This document shows, one piece after another, positions 32,137-41,446 of a stretch of 54,214 bases of DNA. This DNA comes from a virus. Lineage: Duplodnaviria > Heunggongvirae > Uroviricota > Caudoviricetes. Each line of letters begins with the position of its first letter. Position 1 is the first letter of the stretch. The position numbers and the translations under genes were made by a program. The DNA lies in the IMG/VR virus record IMGVR_UViG_2513237368_000009, one strand, 5' to 3'. The notes beneath the pieces were generated by a model. The model saw only the letters and a program-made list of their open reading frames with translations. It had not been told where the DNA came from and did not search any database.

Positions 32137-34080
32137 ATGAATGTGGAATTAACAGAATCTCAAAAAGAAGCAATTTATTCAGACAGCAGTAAGATATTGG
32201 TTAATGCCTCTGCTGGGTCTGGTAAAACTAGTGTGTTTGCAGCAAGAATAGTAAATTTGATAGAAAATGAAAAAGTAAATCCAAAAAGAATACTCGGTTT
32301 AACATTCTCCAAAGATGGAGCTAACAATATGAGAAAACGAGTAATAAAATACATTGGAAATGTCGGAAATGACGTTGAATTATCCACTTTTCATTCATTT
32401 GCTTACAAACTTTTGCATAGTAATTTTCCGAAATACTATAATCACATACAAATGATGAAGAGTTGGTGGAAATTAAAGACATTATCTGGAATTGTGGGGA
32501 GACCAACAAACATGAACCCTGACGGCTTAAATATTCCAGTTACAGCGCCAGAATTGAGTATGTTTGTGTCTTATCAAAAATCGAACATGATCTTAAAGGG
32601 TATGCCAGTCGTAATTGACGAAAAGACTGGATATGTAAGTGAGGATTTGAGAGAATCATTGCAAAAAGCCTATGAAATGTTCCTTGAACGGCAGAAAAAT
32701 GCTCGTTTAATAGAATATGACGACTTATTATTGCATTTATATTATAGGTTGTATTCTAGTCCTGAATTTAGAATGGAAGTCGCAGACAAATACGACTATA
32801 TCATGGTCGATGAGTTCCAAGATACATCTAAGATTAACTTTGAAATTCTCAAAATGATTGTGAAAGACAACCTTTTTGTAGTCGGTGATTTTAGACAAAG
32901 TATCTACTCATTCATAAATGCAGATATCAACAATATTCTTGAATTTAAGGATAATTTCAAAGACGCTCATGTAGTTGAGTTGCGTGAGAACTTTAGATCA
33001 ACAGAAAAAATCGTTGACTTGTCAAACGAATTGATTGATGGGCGTAATATTGAGAAGTACAAACAGTTTGATAATGCAAAATCAGCAATTGGAATAGAGG
33101 GAAATGATATTCAGTTCAAAATATTCCAGACTGACGAAGACGAAGCAGACGCTATTGTAAGTAAAATCAAAGAACTTGTATCAGAAGATTACAATGATTA
33201 TCAAGATTTTGCTATTTTGCTTAGAACCAACTCTCAAATGAGTGTTTATGAGTCACTTTTTGCTGAAGAAGAAATACCAGTCAACATATCTGGCGGTCAT
33301 TCATTCTTTGAGAGGTCTGAAATTGATGTCTTGCTAAGTTACTTAAAAGTCATGCTAGATCATTCAGATAATCAATCAATGGCAAGAATTATCAACGTTC
33401 CAAACAGATTCATCAGTAATAATGTACAGGCTGCTCTTGATAAATATGCTTTTGCTCAAAAAATATCTATTTTTGAGGGTATGAGGTCATTTTCTGCACT
33501 TTCTGACAGAAAACCGATACAATATTTATCAGAAATCCTGTCTCATTTTGAAGACTCGTTGGACATTACTCCAGCAAAAGACGTTTTGCAGTATGTGCTT
33601 AATAGTACGAAATACAGCCAACACATCATGAGTACAGCTAGAACAGAAGTAGAAAGACAAGCAAAGATGGAATCAATCTCTAGTTTGATAGGTATTTCGT
33701 CAAATTTTGAGAATGTTGAGAAATTTCTGAAACATATCGACATGATCAAGGATAATAATAAGAAATCTCAAAAAGAAGCCGTAAATTTAATGACAGTACA
33801 CTCTTCAAAAGGTTTGGAGTTTGACCACGTCTTTATTCCAGCGGTTAGTGACGACTATTATCCACACGATATGTGTAATGGCAACTATGAAGAGGAAGCT
33901 AGATTGCTCTATGTTGCGATAACTCGTGCGAAGTATAATCTTGATCTCTCTTATTCGGCCAACAAGACTAATGGTAAAGGCGCTTATCGTAAGCCCTCAC
34001 GATTCTTGAATTGTATCTATCCAGATTTGAAAAAGAAACAAAAATTGTTATATCAAGGCACAGATGTTGTCGAAGTTTAA
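32137..34080 (+). CDS. uvrD: UvrD/PcrA-family SF1 DNA helicase
   Basis: ASAGSGKT, LTFS, IMVDEFQDT, VVGDFRQSIYSF, ENFRS, AILLRTN, MTVHSSKGLEF, EEARLLYVAITRAK. Confidence 0.95.
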   Translation: MNVELTESQKEAIYSDSSKILVNASAGSGKTSVFAARIVNLIENEKVNPKRILGLTFSKDGANNMRKRVIKYIGNVGNDVELSTFHSFAYKLLHSNFPKYYNHIQMMKSWWKLKTLSGIVGRPTNMNPDGLNIPVTAPELSMFVSYQKSNMILKGMPVVIDEKTGYVSEDLRESLQKAYEMFLERQKNARLIEYDDLLLHLYYRLYSSPEFRMEVADKYDYIMVDEFQDTSKINFEILKMIVKDNLFVVGDFRQSIYSFINADINNILEFKDNFKDAHVVELRENFRSTEKIVDLSNELIDGRNIEKYKQFDNAKSAIGIEGNDIQFKIFQTDEDEADAIVSKIKELVSEDYNDYQDFAILLRTNSQMSVYESLFAEEEIPVNISGGHSFFERSEIDVLLSYLKVMLDHSDNQSMARIINVPNRFISNNVQAALDKYAFAQKISIFEGMRSFSALSDRKPIQYLSEILSHFEDSLDITPAKDVLQYVLNSTKYSQHIMSTARTEVERQAKMESISSLIGISSNFENVEKFLKHIDMIKDNNKKSQKEAVNLMTVHSSKGLEFDHVFIPAVSDDYYPHDMCNGNYEEEARLLYVAITRAKYNLDLSYSANKTNGKGAYRKPSRFLNCIYPDLKKKQKLLYQGTDVVEV

Positions 34081-35045
34081 GCCAGAGGTAGCCCTTTGGT
34101 TTTTTTATTGTTCACAGAATTTAAGACTGCTGCTAGAACATTGTCTATTTCGTAATGATCCGAAATGAATTGTTTAGTTTGCTCGATAAAGAAACCACGT
34201 AGGAACGAGAACATGAACGCTGCTGGGTTACTAATCTTCTTGTAGCGATAAGCTAACTCTGAAACGACTAAAATAGCCCCTTCTAGCCTGTCTTTGAAGT
34301 ATTTATTGCCGTCAAAAGTCATAAACTCGCTGTATTCTACTGGTATTCCGCTCTTGATGAACTTGTTTCTTGCAGAATAACTTGCCTTGAATATTATATC
34401 AATCATGGCTTTTGTCTTAGTATAGCTGTGATTAGCAGCTTGTTTTAGACGTAACATTACTCGATCTGTGAGCGTATCTTTGTATCTGACAGCTAAAGCG
34501 TCAATCAAGAAGTCGTCACTGCCTGATTTCGTAGTTACACTTGTACCACTTGTAGACGGTAACTCCTCGTAAGGTGTACTTGTATTACTTTTTTGCGAAG
34601 TCGAAGACGCATTTTTTGCTACATCGGGTTTTAAAGTAATTGTATAGTTGATCTTGCTGTTCTTGTAAGGCATAACAAGATTGTCTGCCTCAGTATGTTC
34701 TGGGTTAGCTACAAATATTCTGTTTTGCTTTAGACCAACCTTTTTTATTTCGATTAATTTATGTTTTATTAGTTTATTTCTTGAATCAGATATTTTTCGT
34801 GGAGATACCCTTAATATTTTGGCAGCCTCTTCATTTGAGAACAGAATATAAATACGCTGTCCATCTTTCCATGAACCGTCTTTTGAATTATATATGCTGC
34901 ACATCGTGCGATTGGAGTAGACTGCATACAACATTATTGTCGTCATGTCAAGTTTTTTATACTTATCGTTGTTGATTAAATCGGAGTTGACTTGCAAATA
35001 AGCAGTTTGGGGTAGGTTCTTTTCGTTTATTTCGTTTTTGAGCAT
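34077..35045 (-). CDS. repA: RepA_N-family plasmid replication initiator
   Basis: N-terminus AYLQVNSDLINNDKYKKL...MLYAVY...IYILFSNEEAAKIL...KLIKHKLIEIKKVG...NRIFV, followed by an S/T-rich linker; GGAGG RBS. Confidence 0.85.
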   Translation of the reverse strand: MLKNEINEKNLPQTAYLQVNSDLINNDKYKKLDMTTIMLYAVYSNRTMCSIYNSKDGSWKDGQRIYILFSNEEAAKILRVSPRKISDSRNKLIKHKLIEIKKVGLKQNRIFVANPEHTEADNLVMPYKNSKINYTITLKPDVAKNASSTSQKSNTSTPYEELPSTSGTSVTTKSGSDDFLIDALAVRYKDTLTDRVMLRLKQAANHSYTKTKAMIDIIFKASYSARNKFIKSGIPVEYSEFMTFDGNKYFKDRLEGAILVVSELAYRYKKISNPAAFMFSFLRGFFIEQTKQFISDHYEIDNVLAAVLNSVNNKKTKGLPLA

Positions 35046-35064
35046 AATAAATAAACCTCCATTA

Positions 35065-35164
35065 TTTACTTTTTACGCTCCATATGCTATTATGTACTTG
35101 TCTATGGTACATGATATTATACAGAAACGTATTAACTAGATTGGATTCCCGTCCAATCTTTTTT
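35065..35164 (+). ncRNA. Candidate antisense (countertranscript) RNA opposite the repA leader, with promoter and terminator
   Basis: TTTACT(35065)-N17-TATTAT(35088) with an extended TG. Hairpin AGATTGGA/TCCAATCT (35138-35159) plus a T-run, oriented for the + strand. Confidence 0.55.
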
Positions 35165-35165
35165 G

Positions 35166-35489
35166 TTATCTAATAATCTCTTTATATATAAGAGAATCTG
35201 ATAATGTGTTGATGAAGTCGTTGAACTCTATTCTGTTTTGTGGCACTTCGTCCACTAGTAACGAACCATATAAATCGTTTAATAATTCCTCTAGAAGGTC
35301 AAGTCTCTCTTCCGAGATTCTTTTATCCCCTTTCGTAAAGTCTCTGAAGTAGTTAGCATTCAACCCTAGTTTCTTAGCTAGTGGCGACATTGCTACGAAA
35401 TACTTCTTGTGTAAGAGTCTCACTAAATAACCTAAATATATATTGCGTAGTTTTTTATCGTAACGTCTCGTATCAATCATAAATATCAC
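35166..35489 (-). CDS. Small HTH (XRE-like) protein upstream of repA
   Basis: AMSPLAKKLGLNANYFRDFTKGDKRISEERL helix-turn-helix pattern. Confidence 0.6.
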   Translation of the reverse strand: MIFMIDTRRYDKKLRNIYLGYLVRLLHKKYFVAMSPLAKKLGLNANYFRDFTKGDKRISEERLDLLEELLNDLYGSLLVDEVPQNRIEFNDFINTLSDSLIYKEIIR

Positions 35490-35780
35490 AACTTTCTAGT
35501 GTGGTTTTCACACAAATATTTACAATCTAAATTAAAACATACATCGTTTTTTAATGCAAATATTAAATTATAGAGACAACACTCATATATCCATACATAA
35601 TAGTTAATATCTATATATTACATAATACATTAGAATTAAAATATATACTTACATTATAATTAACATTATGAAATACATTATATAATGTTAATGGTTATAC
35701 TCTTTTAGGCTTTTAGCATAGCATATTTATTTTTGAATCGCTTATTTTAACAGTTTTTTAGTTATTTCGATATCTTTGGG

Positions 35781-35809
35781 TTGAAAAACACACCAAGTAA
35801 TACTATAAT
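35781..35809 (+). promoter_or_regulatory. Probable par operon promoter
   Basis: TTGAAA-N17-TATAAT, flanked by the palindrome ACATTATATAATGT (35675-35688) and a 1-mismatch copy (35850-35863). Confidence 0.55.
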
Positions 35810-35941
35810 CTTTTTATAGATTAGTACATTGTGTTTATGCAATGTTTTAATATTATATAATGTTAATAGTAAACCATTAGGTTTATATCATATGTTTATC
35901 ATTGTAAATATTTTTTGCTTGACAAATGGGAGGATTAGTTT

Positions 35942-36865
35942 ATGGCTCAAAAAATAGCATTCATCAATAATAAGGGTGGAAGTGCTAAGACTACAACTTG
36001 TGTTAATATTGCTGGGTGTATTCACACTAGGCAACCTGAATGTAAGATTCTGATTATCGAAGGTGATGGTCAAGGTAATGCTACACGCAGTTTCGGAATA
36101 GATCCAAATAGTAAGAAGATTGAAACTACCATATACGATTTATTTATGGACTATGCTGATGCTGAAGAAGCTATCTATAAAGATGCTTATAAGAACATTG
36201 ATATAATTCCAGCTAATAGCGACATGAACTTTATTGAGTTTGATAAGATGAAACAGTTTGAAGACGATTTTGGATCTAATAATATTAGAGCTATTCGTGA
36301 ATTAAACAAACGTGACATTAATATAGAACAAACTACTGATGAGCAGCTATTGAGAGTGATCAATACGATTGCTTCCCCTACTAAAGATTATTTCAATATG
36401 TTAGATGGCAAACTAGATAATCTTGATAAACAATATGATTATATCCTATTTGATACGCCACCTGAATTGAAAGCTGTAACTAGTTCTATTATTGCTACTA
36501 CTGACACTGTCATTATTCCTTATGAACCAGATATGTACTCAATTGATGGTGTGAAAAACATTCTAGAAAGAGTACGAGTAATTAAGGAGCAATATAATCC
36601 AGATTTAAAGATTGGTGGTTTGTTAGCTACCAAGTACAAGAAGTCTACTAAGCTACATGCTGATGTGACTCTTTCGATTACTGAATATGCGAACACTAAT
36701 AATATTCCCTTCTTTTCTACTAAGATCCCGAATACAATTAGGTTTGCATCTTCTACTGCATATCGTGGTTTACCAGCAACACTATCAAGTAAGAGTAATA
36801 GTCTGATTGATACTTACTACCAATTATTAGACGAAATGTTAGATAAGAAAGTAATTACGTTATAG
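35942..36865 (+). CDS. parA: ParA/Soj Walker-type partition ATPase
   Basis: Deviant Walker A NNKGGSAKTTT, ILIIEGDGQGNAT, YDYILFDTPP, IPNTIRFA. Confidence 0.93.
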   Translation: MAQKIAFINNKGGSAKTTTCVNIAGCIHTRQPECKILIIEGDGQGNATRSFGIDPNSKKIETTIYDLFMDYADAEEAIYKDAYKNIDIIPANSDMNFIEFDKMKQFEDDFGSNNIRAIRELNKRDINIEQTTDEQLLRVINTIASPTKDYFNMLDGKLDNLDKQYDYILFDTPPELKAVTSSIIATTDTVIIPYEPDMYSIDGVKNILERVRVIKEQYNPDLKIGGLLATKYKKSTKLHADVTLSITEYANTNNIPFFSTKIPNTIRFASSTAYRGLPATLSSKSNSLIDTYYQLLDEMLDKKVITL

Positions 36866-36877
36866 GAGGCATGACTT

Positions 36878-37387
36878 ATGAACGAGTTGACTAATAGCAA
36901 TAGACGTAGAAAGAAATCTAAGGACTTTAAGAACTCCCCTCTTGCTAGTGTATTTGAACCCGATAAAGAGGAAACTACCCCCACTACTAGTCCCGCCCCT
37001 ACTAATGAAGAAGTTAAAGAGGAAAAAGCTCCTGTTGTAGAAAAGCCTACTGAAGAGAAGGCTGCTGATATATTCAGTGATCTACCAAAGAAAACTAGTA
37101 GTACAGTAGTCAATTCTAGTAACGGTCTGCTAAAGTCTTCTGATGGTAAATATGTATTGAAACAGAATACGATCTATCATAAAGTCAAGAAATTACCACG
37201 TACGATTAGTATTAGAGAAGATATAGCAAAAATTTTAGATGAAGTTTCACTAAAACCTGACGGCTCTGGGAGCTATGCACGAGGGGTTAAAGCATCGATA
37301 TTGAACAATGCGATCATAAAAGAGTTGTACAGTATGGGTAAGATTAGCAAGGAAGATATGATGCATGAATTAGAACCATATGAATAA
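36878..37387 (+). CDS. Probable centromere-binding partner of ParA (type Ib, RHH-like)
   Basis: Disordered N-terminus; C-terminal RTISIREDIAKILDEVS...ILNNAIIKEL strand-helix-helix; directly follows parA. Confidence 0.6.
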   Translation: MNELTNSNRRRKKSKDFKNSPLASVFEPDKEETTPTTSPAPTNEEVKEEKAPVVEKPTEEKAADIFSDLPKKTSSTVVNSSNGLLKSSDGKYVLKQNTIYHKVKKLPRTISIREDIAKILDEVSLKPDGSGSYARGVKASILNNAIIKELYSMGKISKEDMMHELEPYE

Positions 37388-37401
37388 ATGATAAAAATTT
37401 G

Positions 37402-37428
37402 AGACTATCTGAATAAGATGGTCTTTTT
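37402..37428 (+). terminator. Intrinsic terminator of the par operon
   Basis: AGACTATCT-GAATA-AGATGGTCT followed by a T-run. Confidence 0.7.
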
Positions 37429-37449
37429 CTTTTTGCTCTAAATTTTAAT

Positions 37450-37960
37450 TCATTATATAATACATTATGATTATGAAATGTTAATATATTTAGTAATTCA
37501 TTTTGAATATAAAGTGTATTATAATTATATAATATATTTTAACATAAGTATGCACGCTGATTTTACTTTATCCTAGTCTCTTCTGAAAGATCATGTGACG
37601 AGTGTTTTACTTAATGTATTATAATTACATAATCTATTTAAACTACTTAATTATAATGTATTACTAAATATGTTATAAAATCAAAATGTATTATAAATAC
37701 ATAATGTAAGTTGATTAGGTAATGTATTTTGTAATGCTAATCTGTTATAAATTATATTTTGTAATGTTAATTCATTATGTAATTCATTATAATTATGTAA
37801 TTAAATAGTATGCACACGTTATAATGATAATGTTAATGTATTATGTAATGTACTTGTATTATGTATTTATAATGAGTATTAAAATAAATTATATAATGTA
37901 CTATATAATGAATTAGCTAATGATAAACAATTGGGTAAATGCAATGGTTTATATAATGAA
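37450..37960. repeat. Very AT-rich tract dense in TAATGT/ACATTA/TATATAATG motifs (candidate centromere)
   Basis: Many half-site copies of the palindrome found upstream of parA; no ORF. Confidence 0.55.
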
Positions 37961-38939
37961 TTAAGGCGATTAGATTGCTATTATAGTGCTATTGTTGAAT
38001 AAGGCAACGGAGTTGCTGTAAATGGCGAGTGTGAAAATGGATAATGTAAGCGAGTTGATATGCTTGATTTAAGGGTCAAAAAGTATGCACGGTAAAATAG
38101 CTCGATTTGACCTTGTTTAACCAATATTGTTTAATTTGAGGAGTTTGATAGATTAAGGGTAGAAATGAGCATAAATTGAGGGCAAATAAAATTACAATAA
38201 AATATTTGTAAAATGTGAATAAAGAATAAATTGGATCACTTTGGCAGCTAGATTAATTGGCAGCAAAATTGTTATATAGTTTTAACTGTTATTAATATTG
38301 TTGAAAATCGACATTTACATTTACATAAATTAGATTAAAGGAAATCATAACGCAATTGTTATGATTTTTTTGTTGTGCTGAATTGATCTATTGAGTAATG
38401 CTGGAATGAAATTTGAGGGAGAGTTTGAGGAAGATTGAGAGTGGAATGGAAGGTGATTATAGAATATTTGGCAGCAGATTTGATTAGGCTGAATAAATTA
38501 TGGAGATAGTGAAGATAAATTATGGGGCAGCTTTGAGTAAAACAGGGGGCATATGGAACGAATATTTGCATATATTGGTGAATATTTGAGTGTAGGTTAG
38601 GAATATTGAGGGTAAATTTGGGGAAGATTAAGAGTGAAATGAGGGTAAGTTGGGTCGAAAAATGGTGTGTGGGTGTAGCTACTGATTTCAAAACGTTCAA
38701 AAAATTTCCATTCATTCGAGTAAAATAGCCCCCGACTTGTTATAAAGAATAATAGTTCTTAATAATCGCATAGCATATATTTAAAATTATTTATTTTTAT
38801 TTTAATAGGGGCGGTTAGTGTAAAAATTTTACTCAATCATGTCACACAATTTTTTTCTTGATATTCCATTTCAAAAATTTAAAATCGTTTTGAAAAATTT
38901 CAATAGTGTTTATCTCTATCAGCTTACATAAATTTATCA

Positions 38940-39230
38940 CTATACTTTCATATCAAAAAATCACACAATTAAACACGATATCATAAACATATCACAACAA
39001 TATCACAATGATATAATTACTTATGCACACTATCACACTTCACAACTTAATTAACTATCACACTATCATACTCAATCAGCATTCAATCACTCAATCACAC
39101 AATCAATCACACAATCAATCACACTAACACATTCACACACGACACACACAATCAATATATCAGCATTCAATCATACGACACAATCAATCACACACACAAA
39201 AACATACAATATATACACACGCAAAAACAT
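38940..39230 (+). repeat. CA-rich, G-poor low-complexity tandem repeats (ACACAATCAATC / ATCAGCATTCAATCA units)
   Basis: Directly visible, e.g. CACACAATCAATCACACAATCAATCACAC near 39096-39124. Confidence 0.8.
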
Positions 39231-39358
39231 AGCTTAATACTATTCATATCAACGACCGCACTCACTTTTTATTTTTCATTTTTGATTTTTCCTTCTATTA
39301 AAGCAACGTTAAACATAACTTGCGATATTCATATTATTAATTCAATTTAATTTAACAC

Positions 39359-39731
39359 TTGACAGTTTAACATTATTCGACTATACTTGTGTTTGTTGAT
39401 TGATATCAATAAGCAAGAACGATAACAATCAATATCAACAATCTAATATCAATTTAATTTAATACTTGACAACTTAATAACAAACGATTATACTTGTGTT
39501 GTTGATAAGTAAGAACGTGATTACTTGATAGATAACCGACTAAGTGCGGTATTATCAGTTAAACGTACAAGCCTATCAATAAAGAGTAAAAAGAGTTTAA
39601 AAAAGTAGTTGACAAGTTATAATGAACCTGATATACTTGCAACATGGCAATCAGGTAACAAGGTTTTATAGATTGCCAGTTTCAAAAAAGTTTAAAAAAG
39701 TTCTTGACAAAAAAGATATCAAGTTTATAAT
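39359..39731 (+). promoter_or_regulatory. Four tandem near-consensus sigmaA promoters
   Basis: TTGACA-N17-TATACT at 39359, 39466 and 39609; TTGACA-N16-TATAAT at 39704; AT-rich UP-like elements before each. Confidence 0.88.
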
Positions 39732-39739
39732 TGGTATCA

Positions 39740-40255
39740 TAGAGTTAAGGAAACGGCGGGACAACGCCTTACCAATCAGATACACGGACTTGACTACAAT
39801 GTATATCGACTTTAATAGTATTCTATACGACAGTTAGTTAAATAAATGTATCTAGTCCTTTGAAAAATGAATAACCTTGATAGCATAGCAAGCTATCATA
39901 ACACTTGAATACCTAATGAATTGTTAAGTTAAGATTGCGAGTCTTAATAATCAAACAAGTATATTTTTAAGCACTTGAATACAACAAGGCACTTGCTTAA
40001 ACAGTATGGAGATAAATAAAGCATACAATATACAACGGGCGAAAAACTACTTGCCTTTAATCTTACGATTGAATAAAATAGGTCAACGCAACAACGATAT
40101 AAGCGATTATATCAGAGCGTACTTGATTGACGACTTAGGCAGCACCAAGTATAAAAATATGTCAAAGTTTTAAAGTTTTAAAGCAGTGTTCAAATAGACT
40201 AGCAACGTTTTAATGGTTAGTCTATTTTATAGAATGCTTTAAATAAGCATACCAA
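39740..40255 (+). ncRNA. Candidate large structured RNA / structured leader
   Basis: ORF-poor segment after the promoters with many stems, e.g. GATATAA-GCGA-TTATATC, AAATAGACTA/TAGTCTATTT, TTTAAAGCA/TGCTTTAAA, TTTAAGCA/TGCTTAAA, TGATAGC/GCTATCA. Confidence 0.55.
39855..39873 (+). promoter_or_regulatory. rrn boxA-like antitermination motif
   Basis: GTCCTTTGAAAAATGAATA resembles the Firmicutes rRNA-leader boxA (YTTTGAAAACT). Confidence 0.45.
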
Positions 40256-40274
40256 TAATAAGGGGTGTATTAAA

Positions 40275-40412
40275 ATGACAACAATCAAAAATAGTAGTTC
40301 CGTAACTAAGGCAACCAAAGGCAATACAACTTACTACCTAAGTAATCGTGACGAACAACGTGGTATTGATATTCAATTGGATATGCAAGGCTATACAGTA
40401 ATCGCACTTTAA
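40275..40412 (+). CDS. Small hypothetical protein (45 aa, not in the ORF track)
   Basis: AAGGGGTG RBS; MTTIKNSSSVTKATKGNTTYYLSNRDEQRGIDIQLDMQGYTVIAL. Confidence 0.6.
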   Translation: MTTIKNSSSVTKATKGNTTYYLSNRDEQRGIDIQLDMQGYTVIAL

Positions 40413-40450
40413 TAGTAGTAATCTTGCAATATATAAAGGTGGTTTTAATA

Positions 40451-40651
40451 ATGGGTAAAGTAGTCGCTGTAATTGGTTTAACTAATAATCATAGTATTAA
40501 TATACTTGATATTGATACAGACAACGAAAAAGTAATATATCGTATCAACAATGGTAAAACGCACGTTGTTAAATTGTATCTTACTAATAACCCGTATTTC
40601 ATGTGTGGGACAACTAGAATAAGGTTATGTACTGCTATGAAAGTTGGTTAA
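40451..40651 (+). CDS. Hypothetical early protein
   Basis: AAGGTGG RBS, ATG at 40451. Confidence 0.6.
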   Translation: MGKVVAVIGLTNNHSINILDIDTDNEKVIYRINNGKTHVVKLYLTNNPYFMCGTTRIRLCTAMKVG

Positions 40652-40652
40652 A

Positions 40653-40697
40653 AGCGTGGCATGGTTGCTATGTTAGTGTTCGATTCACTAACACGCT
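40653..40697 (+). ncRNA. tRNA-like element E1
   Basis: AGCGTG / GCA-TGGT-TGC / TTAGTG-TTCGATT-CACTAA / CACGCT. Confidence 0.75.
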
Positions 40698-40736
40698 ATT
40701 GTTACATATATTATTCAAAAAATGGAGGTAGTTATC

Positions 40737-40910
40737 ATGTATCAAGTGTACGATAACTTTGGTGGTTATCCAGAGCAGTTAAGTAAGAACAGACTTATTG
40801 AGCTTGCTAAAAGTGTTTGCCCGTTTAGTTTGATTAGTTCGACTTTTGAAGCAATCAACGAATTGCAACAAGCAGGGTATTATGTATCAAGAATTGACTT
40901 ATTGTATTAG
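40737..40910 (+). CDS. Hypothetical early protein
   Basis: GGAGG RBS; MYQVYDNFGGYPE... Confidence 0.65.
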   Translation: MYQVYDNFGGYPEQLSKNRLIELAKSVCPFSLISSTFEAINELQQAGYYVSRIDLLY

Positions 40911-40944
40911 ACAAAAATCAAAAACAAAAAGGTGGAATTTTATT

Positions 40945-41310
40945 ATGAAAAAGACAAGTTTAGTAGCAACTGTAGCTGTAGCGTTAGGCGTGTTTGGTGG
41001 TCAACAATTTATCATTTCTAAGCAAGCGGGCGATATCAATTCAGCTAACCAAAGCGTTGCAACAATGAAACAGAAAAACTATGAATTTGCAACTGGTAAA
41101 CGTGCATTAAAACTCGAAAATGGTCAAACTATTAAGACAGATAAATTTGAAATTCAATACGTTGCTAACGGTAAAAAGTGGAGTGCCGTAATTGTGCCAA
41201 CAGATAAAAACTCACGTTTATTAGGTCAACAAGGCGAAGGGGCAAAGGGTCTTGAATTAGATAGTGTATCATACCTTGATACTGGTTTAACTACTATTGT
41301 TGATAAATAG
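40945..41310 (+). CDS. Putative exported/membrane-anchored protein
   Basis: MKKTSLVATVAVALGVFGG signal-like N-terminus. Confidence 0.6.
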   Translation: MKKTSLVATVAVALGVFGGQQFIISKQAGDINSANQSVATMKQKNYEFATGKRALKLENGQTIKTDKFEIQYVANGKKWSAVIVPTDKNSRLLGQQGEGAKGLELDSVSYLDTGLTTIVDK

Positions 41311-41364
41311 TAGTAATATTAACATTTTTAATGTAGGGTAAAAAAGAATTTTTTGTCAATAAAA

Positions 41365-41410
41365 AACATGGCATGGTTGCATTTTGGTGGATTCGATTTC
41401 CACCTATGTT
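41365..41410 (+). ncRNA. tRNA-like element E2
   Basis: AACATG / GCA-TGGT-TGC / GGTGGA-TTCGATT-TCCACC / TATGTT. Confidence 0.75.
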
Positions 41411-41446
41411 GTTGATACATAAAAAAATAAAAAGGGGCGTATTAAT

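Noticed and set aside
38359-38715. 118-aa minus-strand ORF
   Set aside because: Arises from the skewed low-complexity tract; no RBS and atypical composition.
39622-39837. 71-aa plus-strand ORF across promoters P3/P4
   Set aside because: No RBS; it overlaps promoter elements and is likely spurious.
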